DNA of 57,995 bases, counting the filler, from an uncultured Synergistales bacterium (GTDB lineage Bacteria > Synergistota > Synergistia > Synergistales > Aminobacteriaceae): the NCBI GenBank assembly GCA_937897575.1. It is 5 parts of 5 records of this genome, joined end to end, with 100 filler letters (N's around TTAATTAATTAA, not from the genome) between each part and the next. Parts side by side here need not be neighbours in the genome. Positions count along the whole stretch, not along the records: positions 17,715 to 40,828 come from CALCQG010000162.1; positions 40,929 to 42,995 come from CALCQG010000164.1; positions 43,096 to 53,118 come from CALCQG010000165.1; 2 more parts are not named here. One strand, given 5' to 3'. Below, piece after piece: positions 37,811 through 48,575 of this stretch. The position numbers were made by a program, and so were the translations under genes. Every line of letters starts with the position of its first letter. The first letter of the stretch is position 1. Below the pieces are notes generated by a model that was given only the letters and a program-made list of their open reading frames with translations, was not told the origin of the DNA and made no database searches.

Positions 37811-39148
37811 TCAACTCTGCGGCGGCGCCACCTTCGAGAGGGCGTAGAAGTACTTCCCCGAGGGGGCGAAGGGAATCTCCTCCGGAAAGTCGAACGCGAT
37901 CTCCACATCGTCGCCGAGCTCCATGCGCACCGCTTGACGGATCTCATCGAGCCCCCGGTCGGTCTCGGGGCCTTCCGCCGTCGCTCCGTCCTTCAGGACG
38001 GCCCGGAAGGTGAACCGGTGGTAGTCCTCCTGGACCACCTGGTACCGCTCCACGGGGAGGAGCCGGAAGAGGATCCGCATGAAGGGAAAGAAGAGAACGG
38101 GATCGATGATGGTCCCGTCGGCCCGGTACAGCAGCGAGGCCTCCCGGCCGTGCACCCGGCGGAAGGTCTGCCAGTCCCGTCCGCAGGGGCACACGGTTCG
38201 TTCCTTGAGGTCCCCCACATCGCCGATGTCGTACCGGATCAGGGGCATGGTCCTGTTGGTCAGCAGGGTCAGTACGATGCGGCCCTCCCCTTTCGGGGCG
38301 AGCCGCCCCCTGTCGTCCAGAATCTCCACGTAGTGGGTGAAGGGGTTCACGTGCAGGCGCCCCTCGGGGCATGAGGCGGCGATGTCCGCCGCCTCCCGGC
38401 AGCCGTACCGGTTCGCTATCACGACGCCGAAGGCGCGGCGCAGGTCGTCCTCGATGTCCGGCGTCAGATTCCCCGCGGTGGAGATCACCGCCCGGAGGGA
38501 CGACGGGGGGCGAATCCCTGATTTCAGCATCTCCAGGGCTATCCTGTGCAGACCGTGGACGTACCCCTCGAGAAATTGCGCCCGTACCCTGTGCAGAACG
38601 GCGATGTACTCCCGAAGGTTCTCTTCGGACAGGAGGAGCCCGTTCACCGTCCGGACGCGGCATACCCGGGCGGCGAGGCGGTCTCGAAGGCTCGCCCGCT
38701 CCCTGCGGAGGGCGGCATGGTCCCCCCAGACCCTCAGGATCTGGTCGCCTGGTCTCCAGCCGAGCCAGGAGAAGAAGAGGTGCCGCCCCGCGGCGCCCCA
38801 GTCGACGTAGTCCTTGTCCTGAAGCACCCACAGGGGCACCCCCGAGGTCCCCCCCGTGGGTGTCTCCCGGACGTGCTGCCCCGGCTCCGAGGAGACGAAG
38901 GACTCCCGCGCCCCGTTGATGTCCCTTCTCGACACCAGGGGCAGGCCGTGGAGAATATGGTAGGCGTCCTCCTCGGCAAAGGACGGGGGAATTCTGTCCC
39001 GGTAGAAGGGCACTGTGCGCCCAGCGTGGCGCAGCATTGCGGCGAGACGCCGCATCGTCAGCGCCTCGGCGCCCCCGTGGAACTCGGCCATGCGTTTCAG
39101 ATACCCCCACCGCGCCCCGTGGCCCCGAAGAATGTCGCAGAGCTGCAT
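37811..39148 (-). CDS. Phenylacetate-CoA ligase / CapK-like adenylate-forming protein
   Basis: TVPFYR, TGGTSGVP, NRYGCRE, LTNRTMPLIRYDIGD, PSGK; start at ATG 39148 or GTG 39154. Confidence 0.86.
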   Translation of the reverse strand: MQLCDILRGHGARWGYLKRMAEFHGGAEALTMRRLAAMLRHAGRTVPFYRDRIPPSFAEEDAYHILHGLPLVSRRDINGARESFVSSEPGQHVRETPTGGTSGVPLWVLQDKDYVDWGAAGRHLFFSWLGWRPGDQILRVWGDHAALRRERASLRDRLAARVCRVRTVNGLLLSEENLREYIAVLHRVRAQFLEGYVHGLHRIALEMLKSGIRPPSSLRAVISTAGNLTPDIEDDLRRAFGVVIANRYGCREAADIAASCPEGRLHVNPFTHYVEILDDRGRLAPKGEGRIVLTLLTNRTMPLIRYDIGDVGDLKERTVCPCGRDWQTFRRVHGREASLLYRADGTIIDPVLFFPFMRILFRLLPVERYQVVQEDYHRFTFRAVLKDGATAEGPETDRGLDEIRQAVRMELGDDVEIAFDFPEEIPFAPSGKYFYALSKVAPPQS

Positions 39149-39538
39149 CAGCACGGTATCTCCTCCTCCCAAAACCCTTTCGACATAGAGCCGTCGGCTT
39201 GCATCCACCACTCCAGGCGACGCAAAAAGTCCTCAGTCTGCGGACGAAAATAGTCTCCGGCGAAGACAAGGACCTCGAAGGCGTCGTCGCGCACCACCGG
39301 CGCCCCGTCCCTCGCGGTAGCAGAGGAGCAGTGCCCGCGCCCGGTCTGCGGCTATCCGCCCCCGCCGCCCGTCCCAGAAGACGGCGGCGAAGAACCCGTC
39401 GGCCTCCCCGAGGGACGACAGGGCCTCCTCACGGCCCACGAGGCCGCAAGGTTCCGCTCGGGAGAGCATGCGCTCTCCCAGACCTGCGTCCTGTCGTCCG
39501 TCCACCCCCCTGAGGGACTTCGTCACAAGGCCGCCCAT
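39148..39538 (-). pseudogene. Possible degenerate remnant of an asparagine-synthase-like gene
   Basis: ATG 39538 just after the upstream stop; DGFFAAVFWDG...IAADRARALLLCYR resembles a GATase-II segment; a shifted frame ends with TGA overlapping the next ATG. Confidence 0.35.
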
Positions 39539-39542
39539 GGCG

Positions 39543-40828
39543 TTACCCCTCGGCGCCCCGCCGGGGCACGAGGCAGACCTCCGAGACGTACTTCCCCGAG
39601 GCTGTGGGCGGAATACGGTCCACGTAGCGGAAGAGGACCTCCGTGTCCTGGCCGAAGATCCGGCGTATGTCCCGTGTGATGTTCTCCTCGGCGCGCCGCA
39701 CCCTCCCGTCGAGGGCGACCCCATGCCCCGACAGCACGGCGAGGATGAGAAAGCGGCCGTAGTCCTCCTGCACGGCCTGGTAGACATCGTACACGCCCTG
39801 CCCGTGCCCCAGGCCGATTATGTTCAGCAGGGCGTAGGAGTGAACCTCCGTCCCGTCCCTCCTGAGAAACGACGTCACGGCCTTTCCGTCGATGGACGAC
39901 AGAGTCTGCCAGTCCCGACCGCAGAGGCAGCTCGCCCCCTCGTCCAGGGTCCCCCAATCGCCGATGTCGTAGCGGATCAGGGGCATGGCCCTGTTGGTCA
40001 GAACCGTCACGACGATCCGGCCCGGCCTGCCCGTCACGGGGTACCCCGCGTCGTCCACGGTCTCGATGTAGTGGGTGAAGGGGTTCACGTGGAGTCGCCC
40101 TCCTTCGGGGCACGTCGCCGCCATTCGCCCCGCCTCCCGCGCGCTGTACCGGTTCGTCACGGCGACGCCGAAGACCTCCTTCATGGTGCGCTCCATGGCG
40201 GGAAGCAGGGTATCCGCCGTGGTAGTCACCCCCTTGGGGCGCCAGTTCAGCCTGAGCCCCTGGCGAAGCACCTCCCGGGCGAAAAAATACCCCCCCGACG
40301 CGTAGCACTCCACAAGACGAGGGCGGAACCGGTCGATCCGCTCTACGAACCCGGGGATCTCCTCAGGCGCCATGCGGAGGGCGTTTATGGTCATGCTCCT
40401 CCCCAGCAGCTCCGACACCTTCGTGCGCACCGTCTCCGAATCGCCCAGGATATCCCGCAGAGAGCCCCATATCCTCAGGATGGAGTCCCCCGGACGCCAC
40501 CCGGCCCAGCTCCGAAAGAGCAGGAGGGAGGCTGTGTTCCAATCCTCGTACCCGCTGTCCATGAGGACCGTCAGAGGCTCCCCCGTGGTCCCGCTGGTGG
40601 TCATGGAGCGGAGGGTTCCCAGGGTATCTTGAGAGGTGCGGTCCCGCGCCCTCTCCCCCATGAGGTCCCATCGTTTGACTATGGGCAGGGCCCTCAGGGC
40701 CTCGAAGGGGTCTGACTTGGCAAGGTCGGGGTCTATCCGGTTCCGGTAGAAGGGGACGGTCCGCCCGGCGTGGAGCAGCAGGTCCGTCAGACGCGCCCGG
40801 ACCACGTCCGCGGCGCCCGTACGGAACC
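39543..40828 (-). CDS. Second phenylacetate-CoA ligase / CapK-like protein, 5-prime end cut by contig end
   Basis: TVPFYR, TTSGTTGEP, NRYSARE, LTNRAMPLIRYDIGD, TASGK. Confidence 0.86.
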
Positions 40829-40928
40829 NNNNNNNNNNNNNNNNNNNNNNNNNNNNNNNNNNNNNNNNNNNNTTAATTAATTAANNNNNNNNNNNNNNNN
40901 NNNNNNNNNNNNNNNNNNNNNNNNNNNN
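40829..40928. other. Artificial contig linker
   Basis: 44 N + TTAATTAATTAA + 44 N. Confidence 0.99.
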
Positions 40929-41929
40929 GCCCCATACCCGTAGGCGACGCCGACGAAGAAGAACAGGAAGAAGAGGATGGCCACGATGCTGCTCAGGAAG
41001 GGTGACCGCGGGACGATGGTCCCGTCGTCGGACCGGAAGAAGGAGCCCTGGGGCAGCGTCAGATACAGGATGACGCCGATGACGATGATGCCCGCGATGC
41101 CGGCCCAGCGAAGGCCCCGATTCTCCTCGGGGGTGACGGCGTGCTTCTTGATCTCCTCGTCGTCCATCGCCACCGGTTTGTCGCCGAGAGCCGGGATGGT
41201 GAACTTCTCCGTCACGAAGGTGGTGACGAAGGTGAGGATAATGGTCGCTGTGAACATGAAGTACCAGTTGATGAGCGGGTGGGTCGGTCCGGGGACGTTC
41301 ATGCCCTGGGCGGCGGACTGGGTGATGCCGGCCAGGAGCGCGTCGGTCCCGGCGATGAAGAAGTTCGCCGTGAACCCCCCATTCGCCGCCGCGAAGCCCG
41401 TTATGATGCCCACCCATGGGTTTCGGCCCAAGGCCTTGAAGATGGCGCCTCCTATGACGGGTGTGAAGATGATCCCCGCGTCCGAGGCGAGGTTCGCGTT
41501 GATGCCCACCACGGCGATGGCCGCCGTCACGAGATAGGACGGGGCGCCGAGGATGGTTTTGCGCATGAGGGCCCCGATCATGCCCGTCTGCTCGACGAGT
41601 CCGATGCCCAGGGTCATGACCAGGATGAGCCCCAGGGGTGCGAAGTTCACGTAGGTCTTCACGAAGTCGCCCAGGAAGAGGCGCATCTCCTTGTATGAGA
41701 GGAGATTCACCACCGCGACGGTGGTCTCCTTGGGCGCCTCTCCGGCCTTCGCCGCCATGTAGGTCACCGAAACGCCGGCCTTGCCCAGGAAGTAGGACAG
41801 CACCACAATGATGATCGCGAGGAACGTGAAGAGCCAGAAGGGGTTCGGGAGCAAGTTGCCGACTATTTCAATGCCGCGGATGAATTTCATGAAGAAGCCC
41901 TTTTTCTTGGGGGCTACCGGTTCCGCCAT
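40929..41929 (-). CDS. abgT: AbgT-family transporter, 3-prime end cut by contig end
   Basis: IEIVGNLLPNPF, NFAPLGLILV, ASDAG, GRNPWVG, GGFTAN, TDALLAGIT, NWYFM. Confidence 0.9.
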
Positions 41930-42025
41930 GTCGATTCCTCCTTTGTCCGATGGATTGTGTGGATCGTCGCGCTCTTCCGTGTCCAGGCCATCCGTTTCGT
42001 CGGAGTCTCCCTATCCGCCCCCCTT

Positions 42026-42970
42026 TCACTCTCTCTTCGCGAGAGCCAGCGCGAGTTCGGCGAAGAGCGCCGGTCCGTAGGCCAGAACGCGCTCGTCCAG
42101 GTCGAAGTACTCGTTGTGATGCCCCGCGGCGATGTCGGCGCCGAGGACGAAGTAGACCGCCTTGCCGCCGGCGCTCTGGACGGTGCTCATGAGCCACGAG
42201 ACGTCCTCGCTCCCGCCCAGGCTCACCCTGGGGGCGACGGTCCCGACGCCGTCGATGCGGGCAGCCCTGTCGGCGACGAGACGCACGAGTTCGTCATCGC
42301 TCTCGGCGTCCACGGCCTCGCCCATCTTCTCGAGGCCCATGGCGACGCCGTACATGGATGCGACGCCGGACGCCACCTCCATGGCCCGGTCGTAGACGTA
42401 GGAGTTGAGCGCGCCGGTGAGCCCCCTGGTCTCCACCTTCATGAGGGCCTTCGCCGGGATGACGTTCCGGCCGCTCCCCGCCTGGAGCACGCCCACGTTC
42501 AGCCTCGTGGCGCCGTCCTTGTGGGGCGGGATGGCGGCGAATCCGAGGGCCGCCGTGGCGGCGGCGAGCAGGGCGTTCCGCCCCTCGTTGGGGGCGCCGC
42601 CCGCGTGGGCCGACGTGCCCGTGTAGGTCAGGTCGAACTTCGTGGTGCAGAGGAAGTCGCCGCACTCCGGCGCTACGGTTCCCGACGGGACGCCCATGCC
42701 CACATGAGCGGAGAGAAAATACTCCACGCCCTTGAGGACACCGCTCTCCGCCACGGCCCGGCCACCGCGGACCCCCTCCTCCGCCGGCTGAAAGATCAGC
42801 CTGAAGGTCCCGGAGAGCTCCTCTTTCCTCTCGGCCAAGATCTCGGCGAGGGCGAGCCCGATGGTGGCGTGGGCATCATGACCGCAGGCGTGCATGGCGT
42901 TTTCGTTCAGGGAGGCGAACCCCTCCCGGAAGGGCCGATGCTTTTCGTCCCTGGCCTCCGCGACATCCAC
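42026..42970 (-). CDS. AbgA-like M20 amidohydrolase, 5-prime end missing
   Basis: HRPFREGFASLNENAMHACGHDAH, FQPAEEGVRGG, AHAGGAPNEGRNAL, GGSED, GHHNEYFDLDE. Confidence 0.88.
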   Translation of the reverse strand: MDVAEARDEKHRPFREGFASLNENAMHACGHDAHATIGLALAEILAERKEELSGTFRLIFQPAEEGVRGGRAVAESGVLKGVEYFLSAHVGMGVPSGTVAPECGDFLCTTKFDLTYTGTSAHAGGAPNEGRNALLAAATAALGFAAIPPHKDGATRLNVGVLQAGSGRNVIPAKALMKVETRGLTGALNSYVYDRAMEVASGVASMYGVAMGLEKMGEAVDAESDDELVRLVADRAARIDGVGTVAPRVSLGGSEDVSWLMSTVQSAGGKAVYFVLGADIAAGHHNEYFDLDERVLAYGPALFAELALALAKRE

Positions 42971-42995
42971 AGATCGGAAGAGCGTCGTGTAGGGA
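42971..42995 (+). other. Illumina TruSeq adapter contamination
   Basis: AGATCGGAAGAGCGTCGTGTAGGGA at the contig end (translates as RSEERRVG). Confidence 0.97.
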
Positions 42996-43095
42996 NNNNN
43001 NNNNNNNNNNNNNNNNNNNNNNNNNNNNNNNNNNNNNNNTTAATTAATTAANNNNNNNNNNNNNNNNNNNNNNNNNNNNNNNNNNNNNNNNNNNN
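42996..43095. other. Artificial contig linker
   Basis: 44 N + TTAATTAATTAA + 44 N. Confidence 0.99.
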
Positions 43096-45016
43096 GATCG
43101 CCGGATGGCTGCTCCACGGTTTCGACCCTATGGAGCTGTTCTTTGCCGCCATCGGTTTTGCCGTCGCCGCCATCCCCGAGAGTTTGCCCGCCGTCCTGAC
43201 GGTGACGCTGGCGATCGGGGTGCAGAAGATGGCGGACCATAACGCCATCGCAAGGAAGCTCAACGCCGTGGAGACGCTCGGGTCCGTGACGGTGATCTGC
43301 ACGGACAAGACAGGGACGCTGACGAAGAATGAGATGACGGCGCGGACGGTCGTCACGGCGGCGGGGCACTACGAGGTCTCGGGGACCGGATACAGCCCCT
43401 CGGGCGGTATCACCCTGAATGGCGAGGCCATAGACCTGCTGGAGCATGGCGACCTCCAGGCACTCATCGAGGTGATGGCCGTGGCGAACGACGCCGTGGT
43501 CAGTGAGATTGACGGCCTGTGGTCCCTGGCCGGGGAGCCCACGGAGGGCGCGCTCAGAACCCTGGGGCTGAAGGCGAAGTTCAGTCCCGAACGCTACAGA
43601 CGTAAGGCCGTCATCCCCTTCGAGTCTGAGAACAAGTTCATGGCGGTCCTTGTATCCCTTCCCGATGGCGGGGCGCGCATCCTCCTCAAGGGCGCGGCGG
43701 GGCGCCTGCTTGACCGATCGGTCGCCCAGAGGGGGGCGGACGGCAGCATAGTCCCGATCGACCGGGCCTTCTGGGAGGAGCAGACGGACCGGATCAGCAG
43801 CCGCGGCCTCCGTCTTCTGGCTGCGGCGATGAAGGACGTTCCCGACGACAAAGAGGATCTGTCCATGGAGGACATCGCCGACGGCATGATCTTCCTCGGC
43901 ATGGTGGGTATCGTGGACCCGCCGCGGCCTGAGGCCGTGGCCGCCATAGCGGACTGTCAGAGGGCGGGCATCCGCGTCAAGATGATAACGGGCGACTACG
44001 CCGGAACGGCCATGGCCATAGGCAAGGAGATGGGCATAGGCGACGGCGTGCACTGCGTGACGGGCGCCGATCTGGAGAGGGCGACGGATGACGAGCTCGA
44101 AAGGATCGCACACGAGAATGACGTCTTCGCCAGGACGAGCCCGGAGCACAAGCTCCGCCTCGTCAAGGCCCTTCAGAAGGCGGGTGAGGTCGTCTCCATG
44201 ACGGGCGACGGCGTGAACGACGCGCCGGCGCTCAAACGGGCCAATGTGGGCGTGGCCATGGGCATCAAGGGCACGGAGGCGACGAAGGAGGCGGCGGACA
44301 TCGTCCTGGCGGACGATCACTTCGCCACGATCCGGCGGGCCGTGGAGGAGGGGCGGAGGATCTACGACAACCTCCAGAAGGCCATCACCTTCCTTCTGCC
44401 CTCAAACGGAGCGGAGGCCATCGTGATACTGTCCTCCGTCCTCTTCGGCTTCATCCTGCCGCTGACGCCCGCCCAGATCCTCTGGATCAACATCGTGACG
44501 GACGTCTCCCTCGCCCTGGCGCTGGCCTTCGAACCGGCGGAGCAGGGGCTCATGCTCCTTCCGCCCAGGGCTCCCGACGCCCCCATCATCGGCGGAGCCT
44601 TCCTCCGGCGGGTCGTCCTCGTCTCGCTGCTGCTCGGAGGGGGGACCCTCGCCGTCTTTCTCATGGAGATCGGCAATGGTGCCCCGATCGCGCTGGCGCG
44701 GACGGTTGCCGTGACGACCCTGTCCTGCGGCCAGGGGTTCTACCTTTTGAACAGCCGTTTTCTCAGAAAGTCCTCCCTCTCCCTCCGGCTGTTCGCCACG
44801 AACCCCGTCGCCTGGGTCTCCTTGGCGCTGCTGGCGGTCACGCAACTCCTCTTCGTCTACGCGCCCTTCATGAACAGATGGTTCGGGTCCGTCCCTCTCA
44901 CGTTGAGGCATTGGATCCTTCCGCTCCTCGTCGGTGCGGGGACGTTTCTCGTCGTCGAGGGGGAGAAGATGATCACGGGCAGGAGAGCAGTGCTCCGCGG
45001 AGAGGGGGATGGGTGA
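43096..45016 (+). CDS. Cation-transporting P-type ATPase (type II, Ca2+-ATPase-like), 5-prime end missing
   Basis: AAIPESLP, ICTDKTGTLT, DPPRPE, MITGD, MTGDGVNDAPAL, QILWINIVTD; frame is open to the contig edge. Confidence 0.92.
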
Positions 45017-46814
45017 GATGACAGAGCAGAGACGAGCGCGCAAAGGGGCGGTCCCCTATAAAGGAGGGTGTCGGTTCGGCGTGTGGGCTCCCCATGCCGG
45101 GGAGGTCTACGTCGTGGGGTCCTTCAACGGATGGGACAAGACGGTGCACCCCATGAGCGGCGGAGACGACGGGGTGTGGACCGCCGACATCCCGGGGGTG
45201 AAGGCGGGGGACGAGTACCTCTACCGGATTGTCGCACCGGGCGGGGAGTTTATGCGAATAGACCCCTACGCCAGACGGGTGACGAACTCCGCAGGGAACG
45301 GCATAGTGAAGGCCCTCCGCCATAAGAGGATGGACGCGTTCACACCGCCCACCCTGGACAAAATGGTGATCTACGAGCTTCACATCGGGACCTTCGGCAA
45401 AAAGGAGGGGGCGGATGGGCCCGGGGACCTTGAGACGGCCATGGAGCGTCTCGAGTACCTGAAGGAGCTGGGCGTCAACGCCGTGGAGATCATGCCGCTG
45501 TCGGAGTTCGCCGGCGGGTACTCCTGGGGGTACAACCCGGCCCACATCTTCGCCGTGGAGAGCGACTACGGATCGCCGCGCAACTTCCGGGAGTTCGTCG
45601 ACAGAGCCCACCAGCTCGGCATCGCCGTAATCATAGATGTGGTCTACAACCACTTCGGTCCCGGCGACCTCGACCTGTGGCAGTTCGACGGGTGGAGCGA
45701 GGACGGGAAGGGCGGCATCTACTTCTACAACGACTGGCGTGCCCAGACCCCCTGGGGGGAAACGAGGCCCGACTACGGTCGCGGAGAGGTCCGCGAATAC
45801 ATCCGGGACAACGCCCTCATGTGGTTCAGGGAGTACGGCGTGGATGGTCTCCGGTGGGATATGACGGCCTACATACGGAACGTCCACGGCATGAACGACG
45901 ACGCGGGCAGTGACCTCCCCGACGGATGGAGCCTCATGCAGTGGGTGAACAGAGAGATACGCAGGGTGAAGAAAAACGGGCTCACCATCGCCGAGGACCT
46001 TCAGGACAACGGGGCGCTCACACGGGCGGTGAAGGACGGAGGCGCCGGGTTCGACGCCCAGTGGGGGGCCGTCTTCGTGCACGCCCTCCGGCCCACCCTG
46101 ACGGCCTTGGACGACAAGGACAGAAGCATGGAGGCGGTGAAGGGTACCCTGTTGCACCGATATTCGGCCGATGCCTTCGAACGGGTGGTCTACACGGAGT
46201 CCCACGACGAGGTGGCAAACGGTCGGGCGCGCGTCCCCGAGGAGATCGACCCGGGCAAGGCGTCGTCCTGGGCGGCGAAGAAGCGCTCCACCCTCGGCGC
46301 GGCCGTCGTCTTCACGGCGCCCGGCGTCCCCATGCTCTTCCAGGGGCAGGAGTTCCTCGAGGACGACTGGTTTCACGACCAGGACCCCCTCGACTGGTCC
46401 AAGAAGGAACGGAACAAGGGAATTTTGCAGCTGTACAAGGACCTCATCGCCCTCCGTCTGAACCGGGAAGGGTGGACCGCCGGCCTGACGGGGCAGCACA
46501 TCGACATCCTGGCAGCGAACGAGGACCTCAAGTGCATTGCGTATCATCGCTGGCGTGACGGGGGCTCGGGGGACAGCACGGTGGTGGTGGCCAACTTCTC
46601 GGCCAACGTGTTGGAGAACTTCGTCGTGGCCATGCCGGCAGAGGGCGAGTGGACCGTGCGTTTCAACAGCGACGGCAAGGGGTACGACGGAGCGTTTGGT
46701 GACATGGGCCCCGCCACGGTCCGGGCTGAGAAAAAAGAGGGAGAGGACCATCCGGCTGCCGCCGTCACCGTCGCGCCCTACAGCGCGATCATCCTGTCCC
46801 AGACACGGAGCTGA
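45009..46814 (+). CDS. GH13 alpha-amylase-family enzyme (branching enzyme / MTHase-like, CBM48)
   Basis: FGVWAPHA, IYELHIGTF, WGYNP, DVVYNH, DGLRWD, IAED, YTESHDEV, PMLFQGQEF. Confidence 0.9.
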   Translation: MGEMTEQRRARKGAVPYKGGCRFGVWAPHAGEVYVVGSFNGWDKTVHPMSGGDDGVWTADIPGVKAGDEYLYRIVAPGGEFMRIDPYARRVTNSAGNGIVKALRHKRMDAFTPPTLDKMVIYELHIGTFGKKEGADGPGDLETAMERLEYLKELGVNAVEIMPLSEFAGGYSWGYNPAHIFAVESDYGSPRNFREFVDRAHQLGIAVIIDVVYNHFGPGDLDLWQFDGWSEDGKGGIYFYNDWRAQTPWGETRPDYGRGEVREYIRDNALMWFREYGVDGLRWDMTAYIRNVHGMNDDAGSDLPDGWSLMQWVNREIRRVKKNGLTIAEDLQDNGALTRAVKDGGAGFDAQWGAVFVHALRPTLTALDDKDRSMEAVKGTLLHRYSADAFERVVYTESHDEVANGRARVPEEIDPGKASSWAAKKRSTLGAAVVFTAPGVPMLFQGQEFLEDDWFHDQDPLDWSKKERNKGILQLYKDLIALRLNREGWTAGLTGQHIDILAANEDLKCIAYHRWRDGGSGDSTVVVANFSANVLENFVVAMPAEGEWTVRFNSDGKGYDGAFGDMGPATVRAEKKEGEDHPAAAVTVAPYSAIILSQTRS

Positions 46815-46925
46815 CGTCGAAAAACCGACGGGACGGTGCACCCCGAGGGGCTTTCCGAAAATACCCCCTTTGTGCTATGGTTCTCTCGCTTCACATCACG
46901 GCATCGAAATGGCGGCGAAAACTGA

Positions 46926-47297
46926 ATGATAGTGTGGGCGTTGCTGGGTTCTCTTTTTCTCGTCCTTGCTCTTGTGGGAACGTTTCTTCCGCTTGTGCCG
47001 ACAGTGCCCTTTGTCCTGCTCGCTGCGGCATGTTTCGCGAAATCGTCGCCAAAATGGCACCGGTGGATGCGCTTGCACCCCAGGTTCGGTCCGTCCTTGC
47101 GAAACTGGGAGCAGCATCATTGCATCTCACGGCGGATGAAGCTCTGGGGGAGCGTCATGCCCCTCGTGGGCGGCGGCACCTCGACGTACCTCTTCGTCCC
47201 CCGGGGGTGGCTGACCTGGACCGCCATGACCGTCTTCGTGACAGCCAGCCTGGTGGTCCTTCTGCTGAAGGAGTGCCCGGCGGAGAAGGGACATTGA
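46926..47297 (+). CDS. YbaN / DUF454 membrane protein
   Basis: GTFLPLVPTVPFVLLAAACFAKSSP...HPRFGP. Confidence 0.85.
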   Translation: MIVWALLGSLFLVLALVGTFLPLVPTVPFVLLAAACFAKSSPKWHRWMRLHPRFGPSLRNWEQHHCISRRMKLWGSVMPLVGGGTSTYLFVPRGWLTWTAMTVFVTASLVVLLLKECPAEKGH

Positions 47298-47473
47298 TCT
47301 GAAACCGCAGGACTGTCGTGTGCACGAATGAGCTGTAGGAGCTCGCGGCGGCAGGGAAGGTGAAAACAGAGCGGCGGTGCAGATGGTACCTCTTAGGGAG
47401 AAGAACACAGTACAGTGCGTGACGTCTCTTTTGCCGAGAGGATATCTCTGTCGATCGTTGCGCTGAGGGAGCG

Positions 47474-48547
47474 ATGCAGATGATCGGAGTCGAGGATCGG
47501 ATTCTGAGAGAGCCGTGGGAGCTGGCGGAGAGAGAGGCCCTTTTGCATTCCCGGTGGCTTGCCGTCCCCGGTGGCGAGGATCTGGTCCTCGGCTTCTTCT
47601 CCGATGGCCTGCTTGTGGCAACGGGATCGCTGGTGGGGAACGTCCTGCAGGGCATCGCCGTGGCTCATGAGTTCGAGGGCGAGGGGCTCGCCTCCACGGT
47701 GGTCTCGGCGCTCTTGAAGAGAGCCCTGGACGAAAGGATGGAGCACATCTTCCTCTACACCAAGCCGGAAGAGGCTCCGCGGTTCGAGTCCCTCGGATTC
47801 GTGGTCCTGGCCGCTGCGCGCAGCCGCTCCACCGGACTCGCCGCCGCGCTTCTGGAGTGGGGCGGAGAGGGGATAACGAAGTGGAAGGATGGGCTGCGGA
47901 GCTTCTCGAAGGGGAGGCCTGAAGCGGCCGGGGCAGTGGTGGTGAACTGCAACCCCTTCACGGTGGGGCACCGTCGTCTCATCGAATGGGCGTCCCGGGA
48001 GAGTCCGTGGCTCTATGTCCTCGTGGTGCAGGAGGATCGTTCGGTTTTCCCCTTCGAGACGAGAATACGCCTTGTCCGGGAGGGGACCCGCGACCTGGAC
48101 AACGTCTCCGTGCTGCCCGGAGGACCCTATGTCATCTCGTCCGCAACTTTTCCGACGTACTTTACCCGGATGAAGGCGGGGGAGAGCGCGATAACGGAGC
48201 TCCACGCCCTCCTCGACCTCGAACTCTTCAGACAGCACATCGCCCCGCCCCTCAGGGTGAGGACACGTTTCGTGGGGACGGAGCCCTACTGCCCCGTGAC
48301 GTCCGTCTACAATGAGACGATGAAGAGTACCCTCCCCGGGGGCGACGGAGGGGTGCAGGTTCGCGAACTTCCCCGGTTTGCCCTGCACGGGGAGGCGGTC
48401 AGCGCGTCCCGTGTGCGCGCACTTCTTCGGGAGGGACGGATCAATGAGGTGAAACAGCTTGTCCCCGCCGCCACGTGGGATTGGCTCCACTCCGAGGAAG
48501 CCGGCCCCGTCCTCGAAAAGATCCGCATGAACGAGGGGAGACACTGA
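47474..48547 (+). CDS. citC: [Citrate (pro-3S)-lyase] ligase
   Basis: N-terminal GNAT-like part, VNCNPFTVGH, YVISSATFPTYF, RFVGTEPYCPVTSVYN, VSASRVR. Confidence 0.92.
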   Translation: MQMIGVEDRILREPWELAEREALLHSRWLAVPGGEDLVLGFFSDGLLVATGSLVGNVLQGIAVAHEFEGEGLASTVVSALLKRALDERMEHIFLYTKPEEAPRFESLGFVVLAAARSRSTGLAAALLEWGGEGITKWKDGLRSFSKGRPEAAGAVVVNCNPFTVGHRRLIEWASRESPWLYVLVVQEDRSVFPFETRIRLVREGTRDLDNVSVLPGGPYVISSATFPTYFTRMKAGESAITELHALLDLELFRQHIAPPLRVRTRFVGTEPYCPVTSVYNETMKSTLPGGDGGVQVRELPRFALHGEAVSASRVRALLREGRINEVKQLVPAATWDWLHSEEAGPVLEKIRMNEGRH

Positions 48548-48575
48548 TGGAACGCCGGGAGAGGGGCGAGAAGAG

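Noticed and set aside
37509..37814. Small minus-strand ORFs between the glycosylation cassette and the CapK-like gene
   Set aside because: Short, with no recognisable motif; possibly a remnant but unsupported.
41957..43051. Plus-strand ORF ending RSEERRVG
   Set aside because: Antisense to the AbgA-like gene, and its end is translated adapter and linker.
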